Positions 31,264-38,987 of a stretch of DNA of 39,113 bases are shown one piece after another. The position numbers were made by a program, and so were the translations under genes. The notes beneath the pieces were generated by a model. The model saw nothing but the letters and a program-made list of their open reading frames with translations, was not told the DNA's origin and made no database searches. The DNA is from a virus: positions 1 to 39,113 of the IMG/VR virus record IMGVR_UViG_3300010046_000002; one strand, 5' to 3'. The first letter of the stretch is position 1; every line of letters begins with the position of its first letter.

Positions 31264-33750
31264 ATGGATTCCCCCGTCGGCAACACGCTGAAGAACGTTG
31301 CCGGCTACGGCGTCGGCACGCTCGCGGCGCTCGATACGATCAAGTCGGGCGGCCTTGGGTCGTACCTGATGAACCGGCAACGGCTCATGGGCGACCCCGG
31401 ATTCCGTGCGTCGCTCGCCGGCTCGCCCTTCATGGCGGGTGTCTTTGGCGTGTCGGGCGAGACGGGGCCGGCCCCTGCCGCGCCGGGCGCATTGCCCGCC
31501 ACCGGGGCGGGCGGGGGCGTCGTGCAACCGGCGGAGTTTGTCGGGCCGCCAGCGCCCGGCGTGCAGGTCGCTGCGCCCGGCGAGCTGCCGGCCCCGACGG
31601 CCCAAACCGTGCCCGGCTACATGCCGGGTCAGGCACGGGCTTGGATGCCGAAGCTGCCGCCGTATGAGCCCAAGACGGCGCTTGAGCAACAAGGGCTTGC
31701 GACCACGGAACTTGGCCTGACGTCGCCCGACGCGGGGCAACGGGCGCAATTCAAGATGGCGGGCGGGATTCCGTTGAACGATCAAGAGATTGCCGCCGCG
31801 GCGCAGCGCGCGCGGGTCGTGCAAGCGCTCGGTGGCCCGGGCACGGTCGTGCAACTCGACATCCCGGGCATGAAGACGAACGTCGGGAGCCCGTATAATT
31901 TCTCCGCCGTCACGTCGGAGGAGTATCCGACCTATCAAGCCGCGGCTGCTGCCGCCGCCGCCCGCAACGCGGGGCTACCCCCGGGCAGTGCGGGCTATAC
32001 GGTCGTGCCGTCGGGGCGCGGTACGTTCTTGCTGGGAGCGCCCCCGACCGCGCAGCAGCAGTTGCCAGCGGGCCCGCCGACACCGGAACTTCGCGGCCCG
32101 GCCGGCCCCGCGCAACCGGCCGCGCCGCGGCCACTCCCGGCACCGGGGCCGCAAGCCAACCGCGTCGATCCCTACCACGCCGCATTTACTAATACCGCCG
32201 ACGTCTACGGGCTCCCGCATGGCTTGCTGAACGCGATGGCGGAGCGGGAATCCAGCTTCAACCCGACAGCGAAGGGCCCCATGCTTCCAGAGGGGGATCA
32301 GGCACTCGGGCTCATGCAATTCCGCCCCGGGACGGCGCAGCGATACGGAGTCGACCCGATGGACCCGACGTCAGCGATTGGGGGCGCCGGGCGTTACATG
32401 CGGGAGTTAATCGACCGAAACAACGGTAACGTCGCGGCGGCCCTCCAACAGTACGGCGGCGGGCCGCACTATCCGGTCGCCGAGATCCTTGCGCGTGCCG
32501 ATCAATATCGGAGCGCGATTGACCAAGCGCCGGCTCCGCAAGCGCCGCCCGCAGAAGCCGCGGTGCCCGTCCAGGTCGCACAAGCGGCGCCCACACCCGC
32601 ACAACCACCACCCGCGCCAGCACGTCCAGTGACCCGCCCCGCAGCTCCACCACCCGCTGCGCCAGCACCGTCGTGGGATCCAAACGAGACGGTGCCGCAT
32701 GTGATCGTCCCTGCACCTGCAGCCCGCGTGGGGTACCCGTCGGCCGCCTTTGGCGGCGAAACGCCGCCGACCGTGCCGGTGACGACGACGACCGTCCCGC
32801 CCGGGGCTGCACTTGAGGCCGCCCGCACGCCGCCGCCCGCGATGCCGCCCGGCGCTGTGTACGTCGACGCCAAGACAGGGCTTCCGCTCTCGGGGACCTC
32901 GGTGCAATGGCAAGGTGGCACGCAGACATACACCGCGCCGAGCCTCGGTGACATCGACACGCAACTCCGCCTGAACAGAGCAGGCATCACCGACCCGAAA
33001 CTGGCGACGCCGCCGCAGATCGCAAACTACTTTGCGCAAGAGCGGGCGTGGGGCGTTCAGCAGAAAATGGACGATGCCGACGTGGCGCGGCTCCGACGCA
33101 GCATGAGCGAGGGCGACGCGGAAGGCCTGCGGCAGCTGATGGACCTCCGGAATCAGGTCAACCGCTTTGAGGAGAAGTACGACACGCCGGAGAAGCGGGC
33201 GCAATTTGTCGGCCCCGCCACGTGGCTCTGGCAGACCGGGCTGCGCGATATCCACTGGCAAGGCTCGCGAGATATTGCGAATTTCCGTACCGCGCTCGCG
33301 CCGTTCTCGTTTGACACGCTCGGTGCGAAAGACTCACCGCTCAAGGGCGACTTGACCGGGCTGGCTGCGTCAGCACCGAGCGGGAGCGATACCCCGGAGC
33401 AATTCGAGAGCAACCTGCAATCCTTCAAGGACCGGATTGACGACAAGATCACCCAGCGCACGGCGTTTGCCGGCGTACCTGAAAGCGAGATCACCCGCGA
33501 CCGCGTCAACGGCGTGCTCGAGGCCGCGCAGGCTGACCGCTTCGCGCGTCGCCTGCAAGTGTTCGAGCCGCCTGTGGCCGGGGCACCCCCGGTCGCGCCG
33601 GGGCCGCCGCCGGCACCCTCAAGCGCACCACTCCCGCCGACACCCGCAAGTCCGCCCCCGGCCCCGGGCACCGCCTTTGCCGGCCCGACGGCCGCAGCCC
33701 CGCCACCCCCACCCGCCACGCCGCCGTGGCAACCGACGTGGATCCGCTAG
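31264..33750 (+). CDS. Internal virion protein with a lytic transglycosylase (SLT) domain
   Basis: ...YGLPHGLLNAMAERESSFNPTAKGP...ALGLMQFRPGTAQRYGVDP...GAGRYMRELIDRNNGNVAAALQQYGGG; flanked by Pro-rich linkers; 828 aa. Confidence 0.8.
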   Translation: MDSPVGNTLKNVAGYGVGTLAALDTIKSGGLGSYLMNRQRLMGDPGFRASLAGSPFMAGVFGVSGETGPAPAAPGALPATGAGGGVVQPAEFVGPPAPGVQVAAPGELPAPTAQTVPGYMPGQARAWMPKLPPYEPKTALEQQGLATTELGLTSPDAGQRAQFKMAGGIPLNDQEIAAAAQRARVVQALGGPGTVVQLDIPGMKTNVGSPYNFSAVTSEEYPTYQAAAAAAAARNAGLPPGSAGYTVVPSGRGTFLLGAPPTAQQQLPAGPPTPELRGPAGPAQPAAPRPLPAPGPQANRVDPYHAAFTNTADVYGLPHGLLNAMAERESSFNPTAKGPMLPEGDQALGLMQFRPGTAQRYGVDPMDPTSAIGGAGRYMRELIDRNNGNVAAALQQYGGGPHYPVAEILARADQYRSAIDQAPAPQAPPAEAAVPVQVAQAAPTPAQPPPAPARPVTRPAAPPPAAPAPSWDPNETVPHVIVPAPAARVGYPSAAFGGETPPTVPVTTTTVPPGAALEAARTPPPAMPPGAVYVDAKTGLPLSGTSVQWQGGTQTYTAPSLGDIDTQLRLNRAGITDPKLATPPQIANYFAQERAWGVQQKMDDADVARLRRSMSEGDAEGLRQLMDLRNQVNRFEEKYDTPEKRAQFVGPATWLWQTGLRDIHWQGSRDIANFRTALAPFSFDTLGAKDSPLKGDLTGLAASAPSGSDTPEQFESNLQSFKDRIDDKITQRTAFAGVPESEITRDRVNGVLEAAQADRFARRLQVFEPPVAGAPPVAPGPPPAPSSAPLPPTPASPPPAPGTAFAGPTAAAPPPPPATPPWQPTWIR

Positions 33751-33752
33751 CG

Positions 33753-34943
33753 ATGGCCGACCAAGCGCTCTTTGCCTACCAAGTCGCGTTGCCAGACGGG
33801 AGCACGGCCGTGCGCACGGGCGGCGCCGACCGCGCGCCGACGCACAGCGAGCTCGCCGACTACGCCGCCAACCAGGGCGAGCGCTACTTGGGGCCGGTCG
33901 CGATGTCGCCTGCCATGCCGACCGCGAGGCCAGCCGCCGAGGAGTCCCCGGCCCCACCACCGGCCACCCCCGTCGTACCGCCGGCCCCCGCTGAGGCGAG
34001 TGCCGTCCCGTCGCCGGACTCGTTTGGACAGCAGCTCTCGCGCACGTTTCTCCCCGAGCGCTCGCTCCCGAGCCAGGTGCCGAGCCTAGTCGGGGGTTTT
34101 GGGCTTGGCACGCTCGGAGCCGCGGCGGGCATGGCAACTGGCCCCTTTGCGCCGATCGCCGTGCCGCTCCTTGCCACGGCGGGTGCTGCGCTTGGCTCAG
34201 GCGGCCTCGAGTACCTCCAAGCGAAAGCGGAGCAGGAGGGCGGCGTCACGCCCTCGGAGGCAGGCACGCCGGGTGAACGGGCCTACCGGGCGGCCATTCG
34301 CGGGGGGGTTGGGGAGGCGGGGGGCCAAGCGTTGACGATGGGCGCGCAGGCCGTCAAGGCGGCGGCCGGCCCGACGCTCCGCGCCGCGGAAGCACTCGCC
34401 CCGACGCTCACCCGCGACCTGCCACCCGAGGCGCTGGCGACGACGACGCGGGTCGGCCAGTTGATCCGCGACCCGGCGGCGCTGGCGAGTGCCCAGCTAA
34501 CGCCGCAAGGCCAGCAAACCGTGCTCTCGGCGTGGTGGCAGCATCACGCCCCACAAGGGGCCCAAGCGGTCAGCGATGCATGGGATGCACTCGGCCCTGC
34601 CGGGCAAGCCGTGCTTGCCGGACCACAGCGCGACGCCATGAGCACGCTGGTCAGTTCGGTCCGTCCCGGGTCGCCGTTGCTTAGCATGCGGATGGGCGAC
34701 ATCCTGTCAGCTGGCGGGGTTCCGACAGCCCTCTGGCACTATGGCGTGATCCCCAAGGAAGCGGCCGTCGGGCTCACGCTCGCGACCAAGGGTGCGCAGG
34801 AGTATCTGCCCCGCTTGCTGACGAAGACGCCCGTCCTCGATTGGGTCTCACAGCTCCCGCAGATCTCACGGGTTGCGAGCCCGTGGGCGAGTGTCGCCAC
34901 CCGGGCGGGCGGGCAAGTGGCCGCGCGCGAGGCGCTTCCCTAG
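33753..34943 (+). CDS. Internal virion/ejection protein with hydrophobic Gly/Ala segments
   Basis: ...LVGGFGLGTLGAAAGMATGPFAPIAVPLLATAGAALGSGGL...; last gene of the rightward late block. Confidence 0.5.
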   Translation: MADQALFAYQVALPDGSTAVRTGGADRAPTHSELADYAANQGERYLGPVAMSPAMPTARPAAEESPAPPPATPVVPPAPAEASAVPSPDSFGQQLSRTFLPERSLPSQVPSLVGGFGLGTLGAAAGMATGPFAPIAVPLLATAGAALGSGGLEYLQAKAEQEGGVTPSEAGTPGERAYRAAIRGGVGEAGGQALTMGAQAVKAAAGPTLRAAEALAPTLTRDLPPEALATTTRVGQLIRDPAALASAQLTPQGQQTVLSAWWQHHAPQGAQAVSDAWDALGPAGQAVLAGPQRDAMSTLVSSVRPGSPLLSMRMGDILSAGGVPTALWHYGVIPKEAAVGLTLATKGAQEYLPRLLTKTPVLDWVSQLPQISRVASPWASVATRAGGQVAAREALP

Positions 34944-35119
34944 CGCCCGTACTTGATGCGCCACCGTGCGCGGGCCGCGCGGTAATACCTGCGCTCCCCG
35001 TCGCGGTTGGGGAAGACCACGCGGAATCCCCGCACGATGGGCGTTCCAATGGCCCCAAGCAGGCGGGCGCCAATGCAGCCGACGGCCCCGATCGTCAGCG
35101 CGTCCAAAAGGAACATCAT
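34940..35119 (-). CDS. Small membrane protein (59 aa), not in the ORF track
   Basis: Own translation: MMFLLDALTIGAVGCIGARLLGAIGTPIVRGFRVVFPNRDGERRYYRAARARWRIKYGR. Its stop overlaps the + strand stop in CTAG. Confidence 0.4.
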   Translation of the reverse strand: MMFLLDALTIGAVGCIGARLLGAIGTPIVRGFRVVFPNRDGERRYYRAARARWRIKYGR

Positions 35120-35143
35120 ACCCTCTAGACGCTACCTGTAACG

Positions 35144-35317
35144 CTAACGGGTCGGCAAGCGCCGGGCCCGCTCACGGCACCAGGCCCGGAGCCCGGCGAC
35201 GACCATGGCGACCAAGGTTCCGAGCACGGTGGCGACGGTGATGGCGGCATAGAGCACGACGAGGACCCCGACGCCAATCACGGCGGCCGCGAGGACCCAC
35301 CAGACCAGCGCGGCCAT
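35144..35317 (-). CDS. Small membrane protein (57 aa)
   Basis: MAALVWWVLAAAVIGVGVLVVLYAAITVATVLGTLVAMVVAGLRAWCRERARRLPTR; TAATG overlap with the upstream gene. Confidence 0.5.
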   Translation of the reverse strand: MAALVWWVLAAAVIGVGVLVVLYAAITVATVLGTLVAMVVAGLRAWCRERARRLPTR

Positions 35318-35541
35318 TACTGGCCCGTGAGCCCCTGCCGGATGCGCCACGCCATGACGCGGCACTTGGTGCTACAGTAGCGGGCCGTCCGGCGCTGGGG
35401 CGTAAAGCGCCGCCGACAGTAGGCACAGCGGCGGGTACTTGGGCCCCCCAGTGTCCCCCACAGGCCCCCCTCGCTATTGTCAGTTTGCGTGCCTCTACGG
35501 GGCGCGCGGGGGCCAAATCCGGGTATCTTCGGGGCGCTCAT
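35317..35541 (-). CDS. Small zinc-ribbon protein (74 aa)
   Basis: ...RRCAYCRRRFTPQRRTARYCSTKCRVMAWRIRQG; ATGA overlap with the upstream gene. Confidence 0.5.
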   Translation of the reverse strand: MSAPKIPGFGPRAPRRGTQTDNSEGGLWGTLGGPSTRRCAYCRRRFTPQRRTARYCSTKCRVMAWRIRQGLTGQ

Positions 35542-35933
35542 AGTTTGTCCGTGACTTTCCCGACGCGTCCGCGCGCGCGGCAGCTCTCGGCGGCGTACTT
35601 GCGACCGCCGAAGACCGGACTGCCGCACCCGCACCCGCAGCGGCGCAGGGGCACGGGATGGGCTTTCGGGAGGCGGGTGGCCTCCACATAGAGCGTGATG
35701 AGGCAGCGGTACGGGGTGACAACGTCCTCGTCGACGGTGTGGCCGCGCCGGAGCACCCGGACGAGGTAATCGCGGGGGGATTCGTACCAGCGGCTTGAGG
35801 CGGGGCCGCCGAAGGCGTTGGGACCGACGCGTTCGAGAATCGACTCGACCGTCCAGCTCTCGCGATCGGCCATGAGACGGAAGTCTCTGAACGAGACGCC
35901 TTCGCCAAATTCGCGTATGGACTCCTCGGCCAT
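35538..35933 (-). CDS. Hypothetical protein with a C-terminal Cys cluster (131 aa)
   Basis: MAEESIREFGEGVSFRDFRLMADRESWTVESILERV...RRCGCGCGSPVFGGRKYAAESCRARGRV; the Cys tail resembles that of the next gene. Confidence 0.5.
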   Translation of the reverse strand: MAEESIREFGEGVSFRDFRLMADRESWTVESILERVGPNAFGGPASSRWYESPRDYLVRVLRRGHTVDEDVVTPYRCLITLYVEATRLPKAHPVPLRRCGCGCGSPVFGGRKYAAESCRARGRVGKVTDKL

Positions 35934-36124
35934 CACGCCGACTCGCTTGGGGGCTCACCCGCGCGCGGGCGACGGCACCGCTCCAAGTGCCGCGCGAGGG
36001 CGTCGGCAATCCAGTCCTGCACCGTGACCTCGGCGGCAAACGCCGCGAGCTTGACGGCATGGTGCAAGCGGGCGGGGATCCGGGCGGCGAGTTGGGCGTA
36101 CGTCGGGTCACTCGGGCGTCGCAT
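35933..36124 (-). CDS. Ribbon-helix-helix protein (63 aa)
   Basis: ...TYAQLAARIPARLHHAVKLAAFAAEVTVQDWIADALARHLE. Confidence 0.55.
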   Translation of the reverse strand: MRRPSDPTYAQLAARIPARLHHAVKLAAFAAEVTVQDWIADALARHLERCRRPRAGEPPSESA

Positions 36125-36635
36125 GGGGGGCTCCTTGGGTGCGGGTCGCCGCGACGTACGCGGCGATTAGAAGGCCCTCTGCCGGGCCCTCGTTGGCGGC
36201 CGCGATGGGGCCAAGACGTGGGAACCGTTCCTGCGCCCGGAGCCGGGACGCGGCCTTGCTGGCCCCGATCAAGCCGGCGTGCTGCTTCCAGACCAGCGGG
36301 GCGACAATCCGGTAGGGGACACGGGCCGAGACGACGAGCCCGAGCCAGAGGCCGAACCCAAGGCCCGTGCGGAACGTCGAGGCGACCCCTTGCCCGGGCC
36401 GAGCGCCTTGGGCCTCGAGGGCGACCTCCACCGTGGCCGCATCGCGGTCGAGGAGGCGGGCCAAGAGCTGGCGCATGCCGAGTGGGTCGTACTCGTTCCG
36501 GGTCTTGCGATTGCGCACGACGGGCATGGACGGCGTGCGGTGGAGCTCGACGTGGAGCGGGCTCCCGTCATCGTTGACGTCGAGGACGCCGAGGCCGCCG
36601 GCCAGCCCGGGGTCGATGCCGACAATGCGCCTCAC
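36108..36635 (-). CDS. RuvC-like Holliday junction resolvase
   Basis: VRRIVGIDPGLAGGLGVLDVNDDG...EAQGARPGQGVASTF...GLVVSARVPYRIVAPLVWK...AEGLLIAAY; GTGA overlap with the methyltransferase gene. Confidence 0.7.
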   Translation of the reverse strand: MRRIVGIDPGLAGGLGVLDVNDDGSPLHVELHRTPSMPVVRNRKTRNEYDPLGMRQLLARLLDRDAATVEVALEAQGARPGQGVASTFRTGLGFGLWLGLVVSARVPYRIVAPLVWKQHAGLIGASKAASRLRAQERFPRLGPIAAANEGPAEGLLIAAYVAATRTQGAPHATPE

Positions 36636-37162
36636 GGGTTGGCCTCGAAGAACGCCCGGGCAAACCCCGTCGGCGTGACGCTGCGCCGCGCGGCCCGCTC
36701 GGGACCCGGCGCCATGTGGTGGATCGGATTTTTCCCTACCACCGCGATGCGGCGTTTGAAGGGCGGCGTGAAACGCCCCCACAGCGCGGTCCGCTTCGTG
36801 TGCCGGTCGCCGTAGTCGCAGGGGTCGAAGTACATGACGGGCGGGCCGAGCCAGCGGGTCAGCTTCCCAACGGGATTCTCGAGCGCCCACCAGCACGGGC
36901 GGTGGAGCGCGACGAGGCGGAGGCACGCATCGACGACCGAGAGTGCGGCCAAGATCTCCGCCTTCGCCCGGACCCACCGGGCGCCCGAATTGGCAAAGAC
37001 GGTGCACGGGGGCGCCGCGAGGATCCCGTGGACAGGGTAGGACTCGAAAGCACGCAGGCGGACATCCGAGGGTAGGTCGATGATCTCGACCTGGTAGCCG
37101 GCCTCTCGATAGGGCGCCGACCACGCACCCGAGCCGCCGCAGAGGTCGAGAATGAGTCTCAT
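36632..37162 (-). CDS. Minimal DNA cytosine-C5 methyltransferase-like protein (176 aa)
   Basis: MRLILDLCGGSGAWS (motif I), ILAAPPCTVFANSG (motif IV, PC), WALENPVGKL (motif VI, ENV-like), HTKRTALWG (motif VIII-like). No room for a normal target-recognition domain. Confidence 0.6.
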   Translation of the reverse strand: MRLILDLCGGSGAWSAPYREAGYQVEIIDLPSDVRLRAFESYPVHGILAAPPCTVFANSGARWVRAKAEILAALSVVDACLRLVALHRPCWWALENPVGKLTRWLGPPVMYFDPCDYGDRHTKRTALWGRFTPPFKRRIAVVGKNPIHHMAPGPERAARRSVTPTGFARAFFEANP

Positions 37163-37311
37163 GGGCGGCCGTAGCGCGGGCAGATGAGCGCATGGCGCCA
37201 CCACCGCCCGCACCGCCAGCAATAGAGCCCGAGGAGCACGGCGACCCGCCGCCACCGCGGCGGGCGGCGGAGCTCGGCGAGGACCATCGGCCGGGAGCCG
37301 TTCACCAGCAT
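37159..37311 (-). CDS. Small Cys/Trp/Arg-rich protein (50 aa), not in the ORF track
   Basis: Own translation: MLVNGSRPMVLAELRRPPRWRRVAVLLGLYCWRCGRWWRHALICPRYGRP. The ATG abuts the upstream TGA, and its TGA overlaps the methyltransferase ATG (ATGA). Confidence 0.4.
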   Translation of the reverse strand: MLVNGSRPMVLAELRRPPRWRRVAVLLGLYCWRCGRWWRHALICPRYGRP

Positions 37312-38052
37312 TCAGCCCTCCTCGCCCGGGTCGCGGTCGGGGGGGACCTTCACGCCATGACGCGCGGCGATCTCCTCGAAGACCTTCCAGACCGTGTCGC
37401 CAAGGCGCGTGAAGCCCGCCGTCCCTGAGCCCGCCGGCGCGGCATGCTTCCAGCGGCCGGTGCGCGCATCCTCCGCAGCCCAGTGCGCCTTCCAGCGCTC
37501 CAGCTCAGGGCCCTGTGGCGCGTACTCGCCCCGTGCATGACGGGCAAGCACGTCGCGCAGGATGGCGGCCTTCTGTTCGCTCGTGACTAACGGCCCGGGG
37601 GCGGGCGCAATGGCCCCATGTGATAGCCAGCGCTGCCAGCAGTCCTGGCGGTTGCGGGGCCGCGCGACGTGCTGCAGGCCGGCGTCGACTAGGGCATTGT
37701 GCCACGCGAGCTCGAACGACGGCCATGCGGAGCCGCCCTTGCCCTCGCGCTCCCAGCGGTCCATGGCGCGGGCGACCGCGAGCCACATCGTGGTCGCCTC
37801 GTCGTCCGTCAGGCCACGGGCGTGCTCGCCGGTGCTGATCCACTCGCGCAGTTCTTTCGGGCTCGGGAAGCGCCGACCCGTCTCCGCCGAACGGGCAAAC
37901 TTGTCCATGGCCCGCAAGAGCCGCTCGGCAGGCAGATCGCAGAGGAACTTGAAGTAGACCTCGGCGACGTCGTCGCTGAGACTTTGGCGACCGCAGACCA
38001 CGGCAATCCGAAAGAGTGCCTGACGGAAATCCTTGACGTCCTCGCGCGTCAT
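37312..38052 (-). CDS. Replication-associated protein, helicase-loader-like N-terminal region (weak)
   Basis: MTREDVKDFRQALFRIAVVCGRQSLSDDVAEVYFKFLCDLPAERLLRAMDKFARSAETGRRFPSPKELREWI...; ATGA overlap with the upstream gene. Confidence 0.4.
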   Translation of the reverse strand: MTREDVKDFRQALFRIAVVCGRQSLSDDVAEVYFKFLCDLPAERLLRAMDKFARSAETGRRFPSPKELREWISTGEHARGLTDDEATTMWLAVARAMDRWEREGKGGSAWPSFELAWHNALVDAGLQHVARPRNRQDCWQRWLSHGAIAPAPGPLVTSEQKAAILRDVLARHARGEYAPQGPELERWKAHWAAEDARTGRWKHAAPAGSGTAGFTRLGDTVWKVFEEIAARHGVKVPPDRDPGEEG

Positions 38053-38792
38053 ACGAGCCCTTTCGCCTCTAGGCGGGCGACGAATGCCGCGCCCGGTTCG
38101 AGCGGCCGCTCGTCTTCCCAGCGTCGCCCGTTCAAGTAGCTGGCCGGGTAGGGGACAAAGGCACCGTTCTCCTTGCCCCAGTCGGGCAGCTCGCGTTGCC
38201 ACGCGAGCGCATCAAGGATCGCTTTGAGCGGCGGTGGGCGTAGTTTCGCCCACGCTTTGCGTGCGCGCTGCTTGTCGCATTTACGCGGATACGCCTTCCA
38301 GAATTCGTCAAACTCATGCGTCGGTGCGCACGGCGGTGCGCAAATAAATAACTCTGGCGTAGGCGTAGGCGCAGGCGTAGGCGCAGGCGTAGGAGGGACC
38401 GCCATAGGGCGTTTTTGGTGCGCCATGGTGGCACCGGGCTGCGCACCCGCCGCCGGGACCGGGCTGGCAAAGTCGATAAGCCGCCGTTCCAGCGTGCGTT
38501 TCCAGCTCCACGGTGCATGCGCAGCGAGCTCGTGCACGACGAGCCGTGCGCATGCGCACGGGTCGAGCCAGTGCGCATCGATGAGTGCGCAAATCATGCG
38601 CGCAGGGTCGCCCGGGTAGCCGATGCCATGCGCAATTTGCGCATCACTGAAGCGACCGACGTCGCCGCGGGCGGCGAAGTCGTACGTCCAGTCAAGCAAG
38701 GCCTCGAGGAGCCCGAGCGCCTCATAGGGCCGCATGTCGAGGGCCGCGGCCAGGGCGAGGAGTTTCGGGTGCCGGATCGTCCCGTGTTTCAT
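38049..38792 (-). CDS. Replication initiator / replisome-organiser-like protein
   Basis: GGAGG lies 5 nt upstream of ATG 38792. N-terminus MKHGTIRHPKLLALAAALDMRPYEALGLLEALLDWTYDFAARGDVG. C-terminus FDEFWKAYPRKCDKQRARKAWAKL...PYPASYLNGRRWEDE. A (T/A)P linker joins the two parts. Confidence 0.5.
   Translation of the reverse strand: MKHGTIRHPKLLALAAALDMRPYEALGLLEALLDWTYDFAARGDVGRFSDAQIAHGIGYPGDPARMICALIDAHWLDPCACARLVVHELAAHAPWSWKRTLERRLIDFASPVPAAGAQPGATMAHQKRPMAVPPTPAPTPAPTPTPELFICAPPCAPTHEFDEFWKAYPRKCDKQRARKAWAKLRPPPLKAILDALAWQRELPDWGKENGAFVPYPASYLNGRRWEDERPLEPGAAFVARLEAKGLV
38356..38391. repeat. Six tandem hexamers GGCG(T/C)A encoding a PTPAPTPAPTPTP linker
   Basis: ggcgta ggcgta ggcgca ggcgta ggcgca ggcgta; in frame within c(38049..38792). 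Confidence 0.85.
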
Positions 38793-38815
38793 CACCACCT
38801 CCCCACGCGGCCAGA

Positions 38816-38837
38816 AAGATCCGCCGCAGATCCGCCG
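38816..38837 (+). repeat. 22-bp direct repeat AAGATCCGCCGCAGATCCGCCG, candidate integrase arm-type site (P side)
   Basis: Perfect copy of 65..86. It lies 24 nt upstream of the replication-gene start codon and ~74 bp from the tRNA-derived core. Confidence 0.5.
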
Positions 38838-38910
38838 GACGGACCGCCCGCCGGCCCATAGCTCGACCCGGGGTCGGCGCTAACGGAGCGAAATCGCTCG
38901 ACGTCGGGGG

Positions 38911-38957
38911 CGCGCCCGGAGGGAGTCGAACCCCCGACCCTCAGGTTCGAAGCCTGA
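38911..38957 (-). other. attP core: 3' portion of a tRNA-Arg (anticodon UCG), not a complete tRNA gene
   Basis: The minus strand reads TCAGG-CTTCGAA-CCTGA (anticodon arm), GGGTC, GGGGG-TTCGACT-CCCTC (T arm), CGGGCGC-G (3' acceptor strand plus discriminator). Upstream sequence cannot form the 5' acceptor strand or a D arm. It lies 30 nt beyond the int stop. Confidence 0.7.
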
Positions 38958-38987
38958 TACAGGCCGTCAGTAGCCGGCAGTGGGTGG

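Noticed and set aside
29332-33750. Tape-measure protein interpretation of the long low-complexity ORFs
   Set aside because: No tail tube, sheath, assembly-chaperone frameshift pair or baseplate genes are present. An SLT domain plus a nozzle-like gene fits podovirus internal/ejection proteins better.
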